Shown here in pieces: positions 19,206 through 29,556 of a DNA stretch of 64,000 nt. The DNA lies in assembly GCA_022841325.1 (NCBI GenBank), contig JALHRS010000008.1, forward strand, positions 6,890 through 70,889, in the 5' to 3' direction. Source of the stretch: Lysobacterales bacterium. GTDB lineage: Bacteria; Pseudomonadota; Gammaproteobacteria; Xanthomonadales; SZUA-5. Numbering within the stretch: the first letter of the stretch is position 1; every line of letters starts with the position of its first letter. Below the pieces are notes generated by a model. That model worked only from the letters and a program-made list of their open reading frames with translations, did not search any database and was not told where the DNA came from. Made by a program: the position numbers and the translations under genes.

Positions 19206-22200
19206 TGCGGGCAGTCACCGTGGCTTGCCTGGCATGCGCCTGGCTGCTGGCATTCCCGGCGCCTGCCAGCGTCGGCGGCGCCACCATCGATTCGGTGCGT
19301 TTCCGCAACTTCGGCATCTCCAGTGGTCTGTCCCAGGTGACTGCCCGTGCCCTGCTTCAGGATGAGCGTGGCTTTCTCTGGATCGGTACCCAGGATGGGC
19401 TGAACCGCTTTGATGGCTACAACTTCAGGGTCTATTCCCGCGATCGACGCGATCCCTCGAGTCTGGGTGACAACCACATCACCACTCTGATTCGCGGCGA
19501 TCAGGGTCTGATCTGGATCGGAACCGTGTCCGGTGGGCTCAATCGGCTGGATCCGTCGAACGATCAGATCAGCGTCTACCGCAACCGGCCCGACGCCGCT
19601 GACAGTCTGGCTGCCGATGGCGTGGTTTCGCTGTTGCGCCTCGCCAGCGGTGAACTCTGGGTAGCCAGCACCGCTGGCGGTCTGCAGCGCTTCGACCCGG
19701 CGTCTGCGGTGTTCAAGGAGATTGGGCCCGCCGCCTCCCGATTGGGGGTCATCCGTCGAATGATTGCGCTGCCCGACGGCGACGTCTGGTTGGGAGGTAA
19801 CCGCGGCCTGTGGCGCTACCGGCCCGACCAGGATCAATGGACGGCGATCGCTGCCGAGGAAGTCGGGCTCGGCGATATCCAGGCACTGGCGGCCGACCGC
19901 CATGGCAGCCTGTGGGTGGGGACCACGCGCAGCGGGCTCTGGCATCTGGATGCCGAGGGTCGGAATCTGAAGCAGTACCGCAGTGACCCCGGTCGCAGTG
20001 ATGGCGTGCCTGATGATCAGGTGCGGGCCTTGCTCTACACCCGCAGTGGCCAGCTCTGGGTGGGTACCATGAACGGCCTGGCCATACACCAGCCGGAATC
20101 TGATCGCTTTCTGACCTGGCGCTACGATGCCGGCGATGCCGGCAGTCCGGCCGGCAATCGCATCGCTTCGCTGTACGAGGATCGCGACGGCCTGATCTGG
20201 ATTGGTACCTGGACTGGCGGATTCAGCATCCACAATCCTGCCACCCAGGTGGTTCGGCTGATCCGCAATCACGGCCGGGACCAGACCAGTCTGCCGGCCA
20301 GCCCGGTGCGTGCGCTGTGGATGGACCATGACGGCACGCTGTGGATGGGCATCCTCGAAGGCGGCGGGCTGATCCATTACGATCTCGAGCGCGGCGTGCT
20401 GCAGCGCTGGGTCCACGATCCCAATGACCCAGACTCACTGGCGGGTGACGTCGTGCAGTCGATCGCGCGTACCCCGGATGGTCGTTTGTGGGTCGGCACC
20501 CAGGGTGCCGGCATCTCGCGCATGCGTGCCGATGGCAGCGGTTTCGACCACTTCAAGCGCGACGATCAGCCCGGAAGCCTGCGCGACAACGTCATCCAGG
20601 TGCTCTACATCGATCGCAAGGGTGAGCTGTGGGTGGGCTCCGAGAATGGTGGGCTGGCACACTGGCGTGGCGACGAACGGGGCTTCGAGGTCCACCAGAA
20701 CGACCCGGCCGATCCGTACAGCTTGCAGACCAACAGTATCTACAGCATCGCCGAGACCCGCGACGGCAGTTTCTGGGTGGGCACTTTTGGTGCCGGTCTG
20801 GCCCGGTTCGATCGCGACAGCGGCCGTTTCGAACACTTTCGCGAGGAGCCCGGCAATCTGGATTCCATCAGCCACAATTCGGTCACCATCATCACCGAGA
20901 CCCAGGACGGTGTGATGTGGGTGGGCACCCAGGGTGGCGGCATCAATCAGGTCGATCGCTCGGCGGATGGCGCGCTGAAATTCACTGCCATCGGCAAGCG
21001 CGAGGGTCTGGGCGCAGAGGCCATCGGCACGCTGGTCGAGGATCGCAATGGAATCCTCTGGATAGGCACCACCGTCGGCGTCAATTCCTACGATCCCGGT
21101 ACCCGCGAGGTGCGCAGCTTCAGTGCCAGCGATGGCATGGACAAGTCCGGCTATTTCATCGGCAGCGTGGCCCGCGGCGCCGATGGCGCCATCTACTTCG
21201 GTGGCTTGCGCGGTGTGCTGGCCTTTCACCCCGAACATCTGCCGCAGCGGGGTCGGCCGCCGCGCGTGGTGCTCACCGAATTGCGCCTGAACAACGCGCC
21301 GGTGCGCCTGCGGCATGTGGACCCGGATTCACCGTTGCCGCAGGCCATCCACGCGCTGGACGGATTGAATCTGCCGCCCGGTCTGTCGAACATCGCCCTC
21401 GATTATTCCGCAATGGACTTCGCCAATCCGGACGGTCTGCGATATGGCTATCGCCTGGATGGCCTGGACAGGGACTGGATTCAGAGTGCCGGGCTGTCGA
21501 GGACCGCGGCCTACACCAATCTCAGCTCTGGCGAATATCTGCTGCGGGTGCGCGCCAAGGATGGCGAGGGCGGCGACTATGGTCCCGAGACCCAACTGCG
21601 CCTGAGCGTGTCGCCGCCGGCCTGGCGCAGCACCTCAGCCATCGCCGCCTACCTGGTCATGGCCAGCCTGCTCATCGTGGCCCTGGCCTCGATCACCCGT
21701 CGGCGCTGGGAGCGCGACCGCCGTGCCGCGGAAGCCATCCGCCGCAGCGAAGAGCGGCTGAAACTGGCGTTGTGGGGCAGTCGCGACGAGCTCTGGGATC
21801 TGGATCTGCGCAGCGGCAGGATGGAACGGGAGAACATCCTGCCGATCATCAGTCATTCCGCGCAGGTCCAGTTCACCGGCCGCGAGCAGTTCCTGCAACT
21901 GGTGCATCCGGACGACCAGCCCGATGTGCTGAACGCCTTGAACCAGCATGTGCTCGGCGAGTCCGAATTCTACGAAAACACCTTCCGTATGCGCACGCTC
22001 GACGGCACCTGGTGCTGGGTGCTCTCGCGCGGTTTCGCGGTGGAACGGGATGCCCAGGGGCGGGCCCTGCGCATGGTCGGCACCAGTCGCGATGTCAGCG
22101 CCAGCGCCGAATCGGCCGAAGCGCTGCGGCGCCTGAATGACGAACTCGAGCAGCGCGTGGAGGAACGCACGCGAGCGCTGCGCCTGTCCAACCGCGAGTT

Positions 22201-22987
22201 GCAGTTCACGCTGGGTGAACTCAAGAACATGCAGAAGCAGCTGGTCGAATCCGAGAAGATGGCGGCGCTGGGTGGACTGGTCGCCGGCATCGCCCACGAA
22301 ATCAACACGCCGCTGGGCATCGGTGTGACCGCCGCCTCGCATCTGGAAGACGCCACCCGTGAACTGATGCGGGTCATCGCCAGCGGCCGGATCACGCATT
22401 CAACGCTGGCGGCCTATCAGAATGATGCGCTCAGCAGTGCCCAGCTGATCCTCTCCAATCTGCGACGGGCCGGACAGCTGATCAAGAGCTTCAAACAGGT
22501 GGCGGTCGATCAGTCCAGCGAGCAGGCGCGTGAGATCGACCTCAGGAGCTATCTGGAGGAGGTGCTGGTCTCACTGGGGCCGGCGTTGAAGAAGACCGCC
22601 CACAAGATCACCATCAGCTGTCCTGAAGATCTGCATGTGCGCACCTTTCCGGGCGCCATCTCGCAGATCGTGGTCAATCTGGTGATGAACTCGGTCATCC
22701 ACGGTTTCGAGGGCATCGCCGAGGGCGAAATCCGCATCGAGTGCCAGAGCTATGACGAGGAGTGGCTGCTGCTCTATCGGGACAATGGCGTCGGCATGTC
22801 CGAGGAGGTCAGGCAGCGGGTGTTCGATCCCTTCTTCACCACCAAACGTGGCCAGGGTGGCAGTGGCCTGGGCCTGCACGTGGTCTACAACCTGGTGACC
22901 CAGTTGCTGCATGGCTCACTGGACTGCATCAGTGCGCCAGGGCAGGGCGTGGAATTCCAGATTCAGATGCCCAAGCGTGTGGCCTGA
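19202..22987 (+). CDS. Paralogous beta-propeller sensor histidine kinase with one PAS domain
   Basis: Same architecture; GIAHEINTPLG, RDNGVG, FFTTKRG.GGSGLGL; ATGA overlap with the upstream kinase. Confidence 0.92.
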   Translation: MMRAVTVACLACAWLLAFPAPASVGGATIDSVRFRNFGISSGLSQVTARALLQDERGFLWIGTQDGLNRFDGYNFRVYSRDRRDPSSLGDNHITTLIRGDQGLIWIGTVSGGLNRLDPSNDQISVYRNRPDAADSLAADGVVSLLRLASGELWVASTAGGLQRFDPASAVFKEIGPAASRLGVIRRMIALPDGDVWLGGNRGLWRYRPDQDQWTAIAAEEVGLGDIQALAADRHGSLWVGTTRSGLWHLDAEGRNLKQYRSDPGRSDGVPDDQVRALLYTRSGQLWVGTMNGLAIHQPESDRFLTWRYDAGDAGSPAGNRIASLYEDRDGLIWIGTWTGGFSIHNPATQVVRLIRNHGRDQTSLPASPVRALWMDHDGTLWMGILEGGGLIHYDLERGVLQRWVHDPNDPDSLAGDVVQSIARTPDGRLWVGTQGAGISRMRADGSGFDHFKRDDQPGSLRDNVIQVLYIDRKGELWVGSENGGLAHWRGDERGFEVHQNDPADPYSLQTNSIYSIAETRDGSFWVGTFGAGLARFDRDSGRFEHFREEPGNLDSISHNSVTIITETQDGVMWVGTQGGGINQVDRSADGALKFTAIGKREGLGAEAIGTLVEDRNGILWIGTTVGVNSYDPGTREVRSFSASDGMDKSGYFIGSVARGADGAIYFGGLRGVLAFHPEHLPQRGRPPRVVLTELRLNNAPVRLRHVDPDSPLPQAIHALDGLNLPPGLSNIALDYSAMDFANPDGLRYGYRLDGLDRDWIQSAGLSRTAAYTNLSSGEYLLRVRAKDGEGGDYGPETQLRLSVSPPAWRSTSAIAAYLVMASLLIVALASITRRRWERDRRAAEAIRRSEERLKLALWGSRDELWDLDLRSGRMERENILPIISHSAQVQFTGREQFLQLVHPDDQPDVLNALNQHVLGESEFYENTFRMRTLDGTWCWVLSRGFAVERDAQGRALRMVGTSRDVSASAESAEALRRLNDELEQRVEERTRALRLSNRELQFTLGELKNMQKQLVESEKMAALGGLVAGIAHEINTPLGIGVTAASHLEDATRELMRVIASGRITHSTLAAYQNDALSSAQLILSNLRRAGQLIKSFKQVAVDQSSEQAREIDLRSYLEEVLVSLGPALKKTAHKITISCPEDLHVRTFPGAISQIVVNLVMNSVIHGFEGIAEGEIRIECQSYDEEWLLLYRDNGVGMSEEVRQRVFDPFFTTKRGQGGSGLGLHVVYNLVTQLLHGSLDCISAPGQGVEFQIQMPKRVA

Positions 22988-23856
22988 GCAGGCGGCTTGC
23001 GCAGGGCGCCGCGGATGGCCACCAGCAGCACCCCCGACAGCACCAGGGCGCCACCGATCAGCAGCCTCGGACCCGGGCGGTCACCCCAGATCAGTACGCC
23101 CAGGCCCACCGCAAACACCGGCGTCATCAGCAGCATCGGCGTCACCTGCGCCACCGGATGCCGCTGCAGCAGCACGAACAGCAAACCATGCCCGACCAGT
23201 GAAGCCGCCACGGCCGAGTACAGCACGCCGGACCAATCCAGCCAGCTGGCGTCGGCAAACAGGGACCAGCTCATCGGCGCGCTGAACCAGGCGGCCACCA
23301 GTAGCGGCGGAATGCTGATCGCGGCCGTCCAGGCCTGCAGCTGGAATGTGTGCATGCCCTTCAGCGTGCGCAGCAGGGTGGTGCCAAGCGCCAGCCAGGC
23401 AGCGGCAATCAGCGACAGTCCCAGCGCCTTGGGCGCATCCAGCACCAGCGGGTCAAAGCCGAGCAGAACCACGCCCGAGAAGGCGATGGCAATCCCCAGC
23501 GCGGCGCTGCGCGTGGGGCGCTCGCCCAGCAGCCACCAGGCCAGCAGCGCCGTCATCGGGATATAGCTTTGCAGGCTGATGGCCACCGAGCTGATGTCTC
23601 CGGCAGCGGCGATCGCCCAGAAATTGAAGCCGAAATGCAGTGCGCCGTTGCACAGCGCCACCACGATCAGCCGGGTGCGCATCTCCACCGGCACCGGCTT
23701 CAGCCAGCGCAGCAGAAACACCAGAACCACGATCAGGCGCAGCGCCGTGAACACCACTGGCGGAAAATGCTTCAAGGCCGCCGCCGAGGCCAGGAAATTC
23801 CCAGCCCAGGCCAGGCAGATCAGCGTTACCAGCAGCAGGTCGCGGGGAGGCAGCAT
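22963..23856 (-). CDS. DMT/EamA family transporter
   Basis: Start at ATG 23856 (MLPPRDLLLVTLICLAWAGNF); about 10 TMs in two EamA repeats; LLGERP, PVFAVGLGVLIWGDRP. Confidence 0.88.
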   Translation of the reverse strand: MLPPRDLLLVTLICLAWAGNFLASAAALKHFPPVVFTALRLIVVLVFLLRWLKPVPVEMRTRLIVVALCNGALHFGFNFWAIAAAGDISSVAISLQSYIPMTALLAWWLLGERPTRSAALGIAIAFSGVVLLGFDPLVLDAPKALGLSLIAAAWLALGTTLLRTLKGMHTFQLQAWTAAISIPPLLVAAWFSAPMSWSLFADASWLDWSGVLYSAVAASLVGHGLLFVLLQRHPVAQVTPMLLMTPVFAVGLGVLIWGDRPGPRLLIGGALVLSGVLLVAIRGALRKPPAQATRLGI

Positions 23857-24033
23857 GAACGATGCGCGATAGGGGAGTGGCGCAGCATCGCGCAGTTGGC
23901 GCGAGTGCACCATCAACACCCGCTGCCCGCGGCCGAACCCAGCGACCTGGACGGGTTCGCAAGCCGTGATCGGGTTCCGGCGGGCGGGCAAAGTTGGGGC
24001 TAAGCTATGTCCCAGCGCGCGCGGAGGTGAGCG

Positions 24034-26214
24034 GTGAAGCCGATGCTCAGGGTGTTGTGCTGGATCTGCCTGGGACTGCCGGCAACGGTCAGTGCCCAGA
24101 ATGCCGTGGTCTATGACGATGCCCTGGGTCCGGGGTTCCAGAACTGGAGCTGGGCCGCCGTGAATCTGAGTGCGAACAACCCGGTGCATGCCGGGCAGTT
24201 TGCGATTTCGATGGAGCCGGACAATTTCGAGGGCCTGTATTTCGCATCGCCGGGCGTGGTGCGCAGCTTTGCCGACTACGAGGGCCTGCGTCTGTGGGTG
24301 CATGGCGGCAGCACCGGTGGGCAGAACCTGCGCCTGGTCTTTCAGCTGGGACAGGCCATCGTCTTCGAGCGACCGTTGGCGCAGGTCGTTGCCGGCGGCA
24401 CCCTGGCGGCGGGGCAGTGGCGCGAAGCCTTCCAGTCCTTCTCCGGCGCAGGCGCGCCGGTCGGCAGCTTCGACGGCATCATTCTTCAGGACGGCAGCGG
24501 TGCCAACCAGTCGCCGATCTACGTCGACGACGTGATTATCGAGCGCAGCGGGCCGCCGCCGGGGCCGGTGATGGTCAGCATCGATCTGCAGGGCGCGCGT
24601 CGGACCATCGATCCGATGATCTACGGCGTCAACTTCGGCAGTGACGCCCAGCATGCCGATCTGCGCTATCCGACACGACGCTGGGGCGGCAACAGTACCA
24701 GTCGCTACAACTGGCAGTTCGACGTCCACAATACCGCCAACGATTATTTCTACCAGAACATCGCCGATGGCACCGGCGTCAATCTGCCGGACAACTCCAG
24801 TGCCAACCAGTTTGTCGTGGCCACCCGCGCCCGCGGCGGCGAAGCGCTGCTGACGGTGCCGACGCTGGGCTGGGTGCCCAAGGACTCGCGAGTGAAGCTC
24901 TGGGGTTTCTCGCAGGCGCTCTATGGTGCCCAGACCCTGGATGAATGCCGCTTCTATCTGCCGAATCCGCCGCCCTGGTGCAGTGCTGATGCCGGCAACG
25001 GTTTGTGCGTGAATGGCCCCTTCTGCCAGGGTGGCAAGATCGTCGGCAACAATCCGCTGGATACCTCCAAGGCGGCGCCGGCCAGCTATGCGGGCGACTG
25101 GGTCACGCATCTGCGCGCCCGCCACGGCGTGGCCGGACAGGGCGGCGTAAGCCTGTTTGCGCTCGACAACGAGGCCATGCTCTGGGATTCCACCCATCGC
25201 GATGTGCATCCGCAGCCGGCCACCTATGACGAAGTCTGGAGCCGCGGCCGCGATCGCGCCTTTGCGATCAAGGCGATAGAGCCCAACGCCCGCATCTTCG
25301 GGCCGGTCACCTGGGGCTGGTGCGATTTCTGGACCAGCGCCGCCGACGCCGCGCTCGGTAATTGTTTCGAGGGCCCGGACCGCACGGCGCACGCCGGGAC
25401 GCCCTTCGTGGAATGGTATCTGCAGCGCGTCTGCGCCGAGACCGGGCCGGGCGGGATACGCGCCGTGGACTACCTGGATCTGCATTACTACCCGCAGGGC
25501 ACCGGTATTGCCGGTCTGGACAATGACGTCGTTGCTGGCGAGCAGCCAGAGGTGCAGGCGCGGCGCATGCGCTCGCTGCGCGAGCTCTACGATCCCACCT
25601 ATGTCAGTGAATCCTGGATCGGGCAGACCGACTATCCGGTGCCCAATCTGCTGCCGCGCGCCCGCGCCGCCATCGCCGCGCGTTGTCCCGGCACGAAGCT
25701 GGCGCTCACCGAGTACAAATGGGGCCCGGACAACGGCATCAGCAGCGCGGTTGCGCAGGCCGAGTTGCTGGCCATCTTCGGTCGCGAAGGCGTGTCCTAC
25801 GCCACCCGCTGGGTGGCGCCGGACGACGGCACGCTGGCCGAGCAGGCCTTTCGCCTGTACCTGAACTACGACGGCAGCCACACCCGCGTGAGCGGTGACT
25901 CGATACCGGCCAGCTCGACCCAGCCCGACAGCGTCGGCGCCTATGCGGTGGAGCGCGCCGACGGCAGCCTGCAGTTGCTGCTGTTCAATCGCGGTTTCAC
26001 GGCCCGCGATATCAGCGTGGATCTGAGCGGCGCCGCGGCCCAGAGCTACAGTGCCTGGCGCCTGCAGTCCTCGGGCTATGCCGGCATCGCTGCGGCGCTG
26101 CCGATTGCCGGCAGCAGCATCCAGCTGAGCCAGGTTCCGGCACTCAGCGCCACCCTGCTGGTCATCCAGCGCGGCGCTCCAGGAGACGCGGTCTTCGCCA
26201 ACGGCTTCGAGTGA
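24034..26214 (+). CDS. Secreted glycoside hydrolase family 44 with an N-terminal CBM-like domain and a C-terminal DAVFANGFE tail
   Basis: Signal peptide; VYDDAL..GFQNWSWA module; IYGVN, RRWGGNSTSRYNW, LDNE (acid/base), HRDVHP, YLDLHYYPQ, LALTEYKWG (nucleophile). Confidence 0.88.
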   Translation: MKPMLRVLCWICLGLPATVSAQNAVVYDDALGPGFQNWSWAAVNLSANNPVHAGQFAISMEPDNFEGLYFASPGVVRSFADYEGLRLWVHGGSTGGQNLRLVFQLGQAIVFERPLAQVVAGGTLAAGQWREAFQSFSGAGAPVGSFDGIILQDGSGANQSPIYVDDVIIERSGPPPGPVMVSIDLQGARRTIDPMIYGVNFGSDAQHADLRYPTRRWGGNSTSRYNWQFDVHNTANDYFYQNIADGTGVNLPDNSSANQFVVATRARGGEALLTVPTLGWVPKDSRVKLWGFSQALYGAQTLDECRFYLPNPPPWCSADAGNGLCVNGPFCQGGKIVGNNPLDTSKAAPASYAGDWVTHLRARHGVAGQGGVSLFALDNEAMLWDSTHRDVHPQPATYDEVWSRGRDRAFAIKAIEPNARIFGPVTWGWCDFWTSAADAALGNCFEGPDRTAHAGTPFVEWYLQRVCAETGPGGIRAVDYLDLHYYPQGTGIAGLDNDVVAGEQPEVQARRMRSLRELYDPTYVSESWIGQTDYPVPNLLPRARAAIAARCPGTKLALTEYKWGPDNGISSAVAQAELLAIFGREGVSYATRWVAPDDGTLAEQAFRLYLNYDGSHTRVSGDSIPASSTQPDSVGAYAVERADGSLQLLLFNRGFTARDISVDLSGAAAQSYSAWRLQSSGYAGIAAALPIAGSSIQLSQVPALSATLLVIQRGAPGDAVFANGFE

Positions 26215-26234
26215 GTGTGCCGGCGAAAGCTCAC

Positions 26235-26262
26235 CAGCGGCCGCGCAGGCGCGCGGCCCTCC
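26235..26262. repeat. GGAG-type REP copy (reverse orientation)
   Basis: CAGCGGCCGCGCAGGCGCGCGGCCCTCC is the reverse complement (1 mismatch) of 43617-43644. Confidence 0.7.
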
Positions 26263-26523
26263 TCAAAAGCCGGCGGGCGGCCTTGATCAAGCTCATGGTG
26301 CAGCATGGGCCCGATGTCGCATGCTGCCCGCCGGGGGCTGTCCGCTGGTCACGGTCATGCGCTGGCGATGACCTCGCGCCCCAGCTATGGTTCGCGTCTG
26401 GGAAGTCTGACCCTCAGCGCCGGTGCTCGATCACGTGGTTTTCCGCGGTCGGCGCCTCGCGTACCTGCGCCCTGTTGTCCGGCCGCAATCCAGCACCTTC
26501 GCCCTTTCGGAACCGACCAACCC

Positions 26524-28095
26524 ATGGAACTCAAGACTGCGCCGGTACCCGAACTGGCCGCCAAGACCGGTGGCAGCGGAATCATCCATTTCGGAATCGC
26601 GCTGCTGTTCCTGCTGGCGACTGCGCTGTTCATCCATTTGCGATTGACCGAGGCCAGCCACTACCTGATGGTGGCGGCCGTCGTCGGCGGCTACATGGCG
26701 CTCAACATCGGTGCCAACGACGTGGCCAACAACGTCGGACCCGCGGTGGGCTCCAAGGCTCTGACACTGGGCGGGGCCATTCTGATCGCCGCCATTTTCG
26801 AAGCTGCCGGTGCCCTGATCGCCGGTGGTGATGTCGTTGGAACCATCAAGGGCGGGATCATCGATACCGCGGCCGTGCCCGACAAGGAAGTCTTCATCTG
26901 GCTAATGATCGCCGCGCTGCTGGCGGGCGCACTCTGGCTCAACATCGCCACTGCCGCCGGAGCGCCGGTCTCCACCACCCATTCCATCGTTGGCGGCGTG
27001 CTGGGTGCCGGTATCGCCGCCGGAGGCTGGCACGCTGCCAACTGGGGTCAGATGGGCCAGATTGCCGCAAGCTGGGTGATTTCGCCGGTACTCGGTGGGG
27101 TCATTTCGGCCGGCTTCCTCTATCTGATCAAGCGCACCATCACTTACCAGCCCGACATGCAACTGGCTGCCAGGAAAATGGTGCCACTGCTGTTGGCGCT
27201 GATGGCCTGGGCCTTCAGCGCCTATCTGGTGATGAAGGGGCTGCAGCAGATCTGGAAAGTGAGCTTCGGCATGGCCACCTTGATCGGACTGGGCTTTGCG
27301 ATCGGCACCTATTTCATTACCCGGCCCCGGGTCGCGGCGGCCGCCGCGCGCGGTGAGAACGACAAACACACCGTCAACGGCATGTTCACCATGCCGCTGG
27401 TCTTTTCGGCGGCGCTGCTGAGCTTTGCCCATGGAGCCAATGATGTGGCCAATGCGGTCGGGCCGCTGGCAGCGATCAATGAGGCGGTGGTGCACGGAGC
27501 CGTGGCGGCCAAAGCCGCCATACCGATCTGGGTGATGTTGGTCGGTGCCATCGGCATCGCCCTGGGGTTGGCGCTGTACGGACCCAAGCTGATCAAGACC
27601 GTGGGCACGGGAATCACTGATCTGGATCAGATGCGTGCCTTCTGTGTCGCCATGGCAGCCTCGATCACCGTCATCGTTGCCTCCCAGCTTGGTCTGCCGG
27701 TCAGCTCCACCCATATCGCCGTGGGTGCGATCTTCGGTGTCGGCTTTCTGCGCGAGTATCTCAAGGCCAGTTACGACCGCATGATCGACGTCATCGTGCA
27801 GCATCATGCCGGCCGTGACCAGTCGATCGTGGATGCCTATCTGGAGAAATTCCGCGCCGCCAGCATCGAGCAGAAGGGCGCCATGGTGGCGGAGCTGAAG
27901 TCCAGCAAGCAGGCCTTTGCCGACAGCCATCTGTCGAAGAAGGAAAGAAAGAACCTGAAGAGCATCTATCGCCAGGAACTGGTCAAGCGCTCGGCGCTGA
28001 TGCGAATTGTGGCTGCCTGGTTGATCACGGTACCGGTCTCGGCCTTTATCGGCTCGCTGCTGTTCTTCGTCATCCGCGGCATGATGTTGCCCTGA
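26524..28095 (+). CDS. Inorganic phosphate transporter, PiT family
   Basis: Two PHO4 signatures GANDVANN / HGANDVAN, PVSTTHS and PVSSTH; start taken at ATG 26524. Confidence 0.93.
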   Translation: MELKTAPVPELAAKTGGSGIIHFGIALLFLLATALFIHLRLTEASHYLMVAAVVGGYMALNIGANDVANNVGPAVGSKALTLGGAILIAAIFEAAGALIAGGDVVGTIKGGIIDTAAVPDKEVFIWLMIAALLAGALWLNIATAAGAPVSTTHSIVGGVLGAGIAAGGWHAANWGQMGQIAASWVISPVLGGVISAGFLYLIKRTITYQPDMQLAARKMVPLLLALMAWAFSAYLVMKGLQQIWKVSFGMATLIGLGFAIGTYFITRPRVAAAAARGENDKHTVNGMFTMPLVFSAALLSFAHGANDVANAVGPLAAINEAVVHGAVAAKAAIPIWVMLVGAIGIALGLALYGPKLIKTVGTGITDLDQMRAFCVAMAASITVIVASQLGLPVSSTHIAVGAIFGVGFLREYLKASYDRMIDVIVQHHAGRDQSIVDAYLEKFRAASIEQKGAMVAELKSSKQAFADSHLSKKERKNLKSIYRQELVKRSALMRIVAAWLITVPVSAFIGSLLFFVIRGMMLP

Positions 28096-28278
28096 GGTAT
28101 TGAAGCACGATCGGCAGTGATCGATCCGGGCTGGCCTCAACCCGGCACGCGCAGGCAATTCCTGCGGCGTGGACATGAGGCAGAAGCGAAATGTTCCAAA
28201 GCATGGTCGACTTGGCATCGCCCTCCGGCGAGCGCAGCGATAGCATCAGCGGTCAAATCCCAGCAACGGTCGCTGCCC

Positions 28279-29379
28279 ATGCTCCTCGCCCGATTCTCCC
28301 TGCGCATGGCGGCCATCGCCTGCGGCATCTTGCTGCTGTCGGCCTGTGCCAGCACTCAGCCGAAGGTCCAGTCCCCATCGGCTGAGGCGCCGGTCAAGGC
28401 CATTGCGCTGCTGAGCGAGCGCTACACGACCACACCCTCGCCGGTGGACAACATCGACTCGGTGGTGGTCTGGCGCGGCCCGGCCGGTCAGAACTGGCTG
28501 ATCGCCTCGGCCAAGGACGTCCACAACCTGGCGGTCTTCGATGCCGACAGCGGTGCCAACTTGCAGCGCGTAGGTGCGCCGGGCACCGGGCTCGGCGAAT
28601 TCGGCCGTCCCAACGGCCTGGCTGCCATAGACGATCTGCTGTTCGTGGTCGAGCGCAACAATCATCGGGTTCAGGTACTGGCGCTGCCGGATTTCCAGCC
28701 TCTGGCCGTATTTGGCAGCGATGAGCTCAAGGTGCCTTACGGCCTGTGGATCGAGCGCACCGGCGCCGGCCAGTACGATGTCTACGTGACCGACAGCTAT
28801 CAGTTGGCCGACGGTCTGCCGCCGCCGCTGGAGCAGCTGTCGGAGCGGGTCAAGCGTTTCCGCCTGCTGCGCGACGCAGCTGGCGCCCGCAGCATCTTTC
28901 TCGGCAGCTTCGGCGATACCAGTGCCAGCGGCGCCCTGCGCTGGGTGGAGTCGATCTACGGCGATCCCAGTCATGGCCGATTGCTGATTGCCGAGGAGTT
29001 CGAGGAGATCGGTAGCACTCTGCGGGTGTACGACATGGCCGGTCGCTACCTCGGCATTGATCTGGACCGCAGCCAGTTCGACGGTCAGGCCGAGGGCATT
29101 GCTCTGTGGGCCTGTGCCGATGGCTCTGGCTACTGGCTGGCCACCGACCAGCGCCAGGACGGCAACCGCTTCCAGGTCTTCGATCGGGTGACGCTGGAGC
29201 ACCTGGGGGGATTTGCCGGTGCACACACCAGCAATACCGATGGCATCCACCTGCAGTCAGCTGCCACGGCAGCTTTCCCCGGCGGCGTGTTCTTTGCGGT
29301 GCATGATGACCAGGCGGTCTCGGCTATTGACTGGCGCGACATAGCCCGGGCCCTGGGACTGCGCGAGAGCTGCGACTGA
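28279..29379 (+). CDS. Beta-propeller phytase-like lipoprotein
   Basis: Lipobox LLSAC; PNG, VERNNHRVQV, QAEGIAL, YWLATDQ, NTDGI, FPGGVFFAVHDD; adjacent to PiT. Confidence 0.8.
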   Translation: MLLARFSLRMAAIACGILLLSACASTQPKVQSPSAEAPVKAIALLSERYTTTPSPVDNIDSVVVWRGPAGQNWLIASAKDVHNLAVFDADSGANLQRVGAPGTGLGEFGRPNGLAAIDDLLFVVERNNHRVQVLALPDFQPLAVFGSDELKVPYGLWIERTGAGQYDVYVTDSYQLADGLPPPLEQLSERVKRFRLLRDAAGARSIFLGSFGDTSASGALRWVESIYGDPSHGRLLIAEEFEEIGSTLRVYDMAGRYLGIDLDRSQFDGQAEGIALWACADGSGYWLATDQRQDGNRFQVFDRVTLEHLGGFAGAHTSNTDGIHLQSAATAAFPGGVFFAVHDDQAVSAIDWRDIARALGLRESCD

Positions 29380-29393
29380 GCGGCAGCTGGTCC

Positions 29394-29436
29394 TGCGCTT
29401 GAACGTAACCCTTTCAGACATATCCGTTCAAGCGCA
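29394..29436. terminator. Perfect 12-bp inverted repeat after the phytase gene
   Basis: TGCGCTTGAACG-19 nt-CGTTCAAGCGCA. Confidence 0.45.
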
Positions 29437-29556
29437 ATCTGGCACCGTATGATCCTGTTGGTGCGTCCATCCCGTCACCGGTCGTTACGAAGTCAGGGCC
29501 AGTGCCGGTATTCCATGGCTATCAAATCAACATAGTTCAGCACAGGAATCGCAACC

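Noticed and set aside
23857-25881. Apparent 972-aa EamA fusion protein
   Set aside because: The N-terminal extension is mostly the reverse strand of the GH44 gene; the transporter starts at 23856
26330-26370. Possible Pho box upstream of the PiT gene
   Set aside because: The GTCA-like half sites lack the 11-bp periodicity
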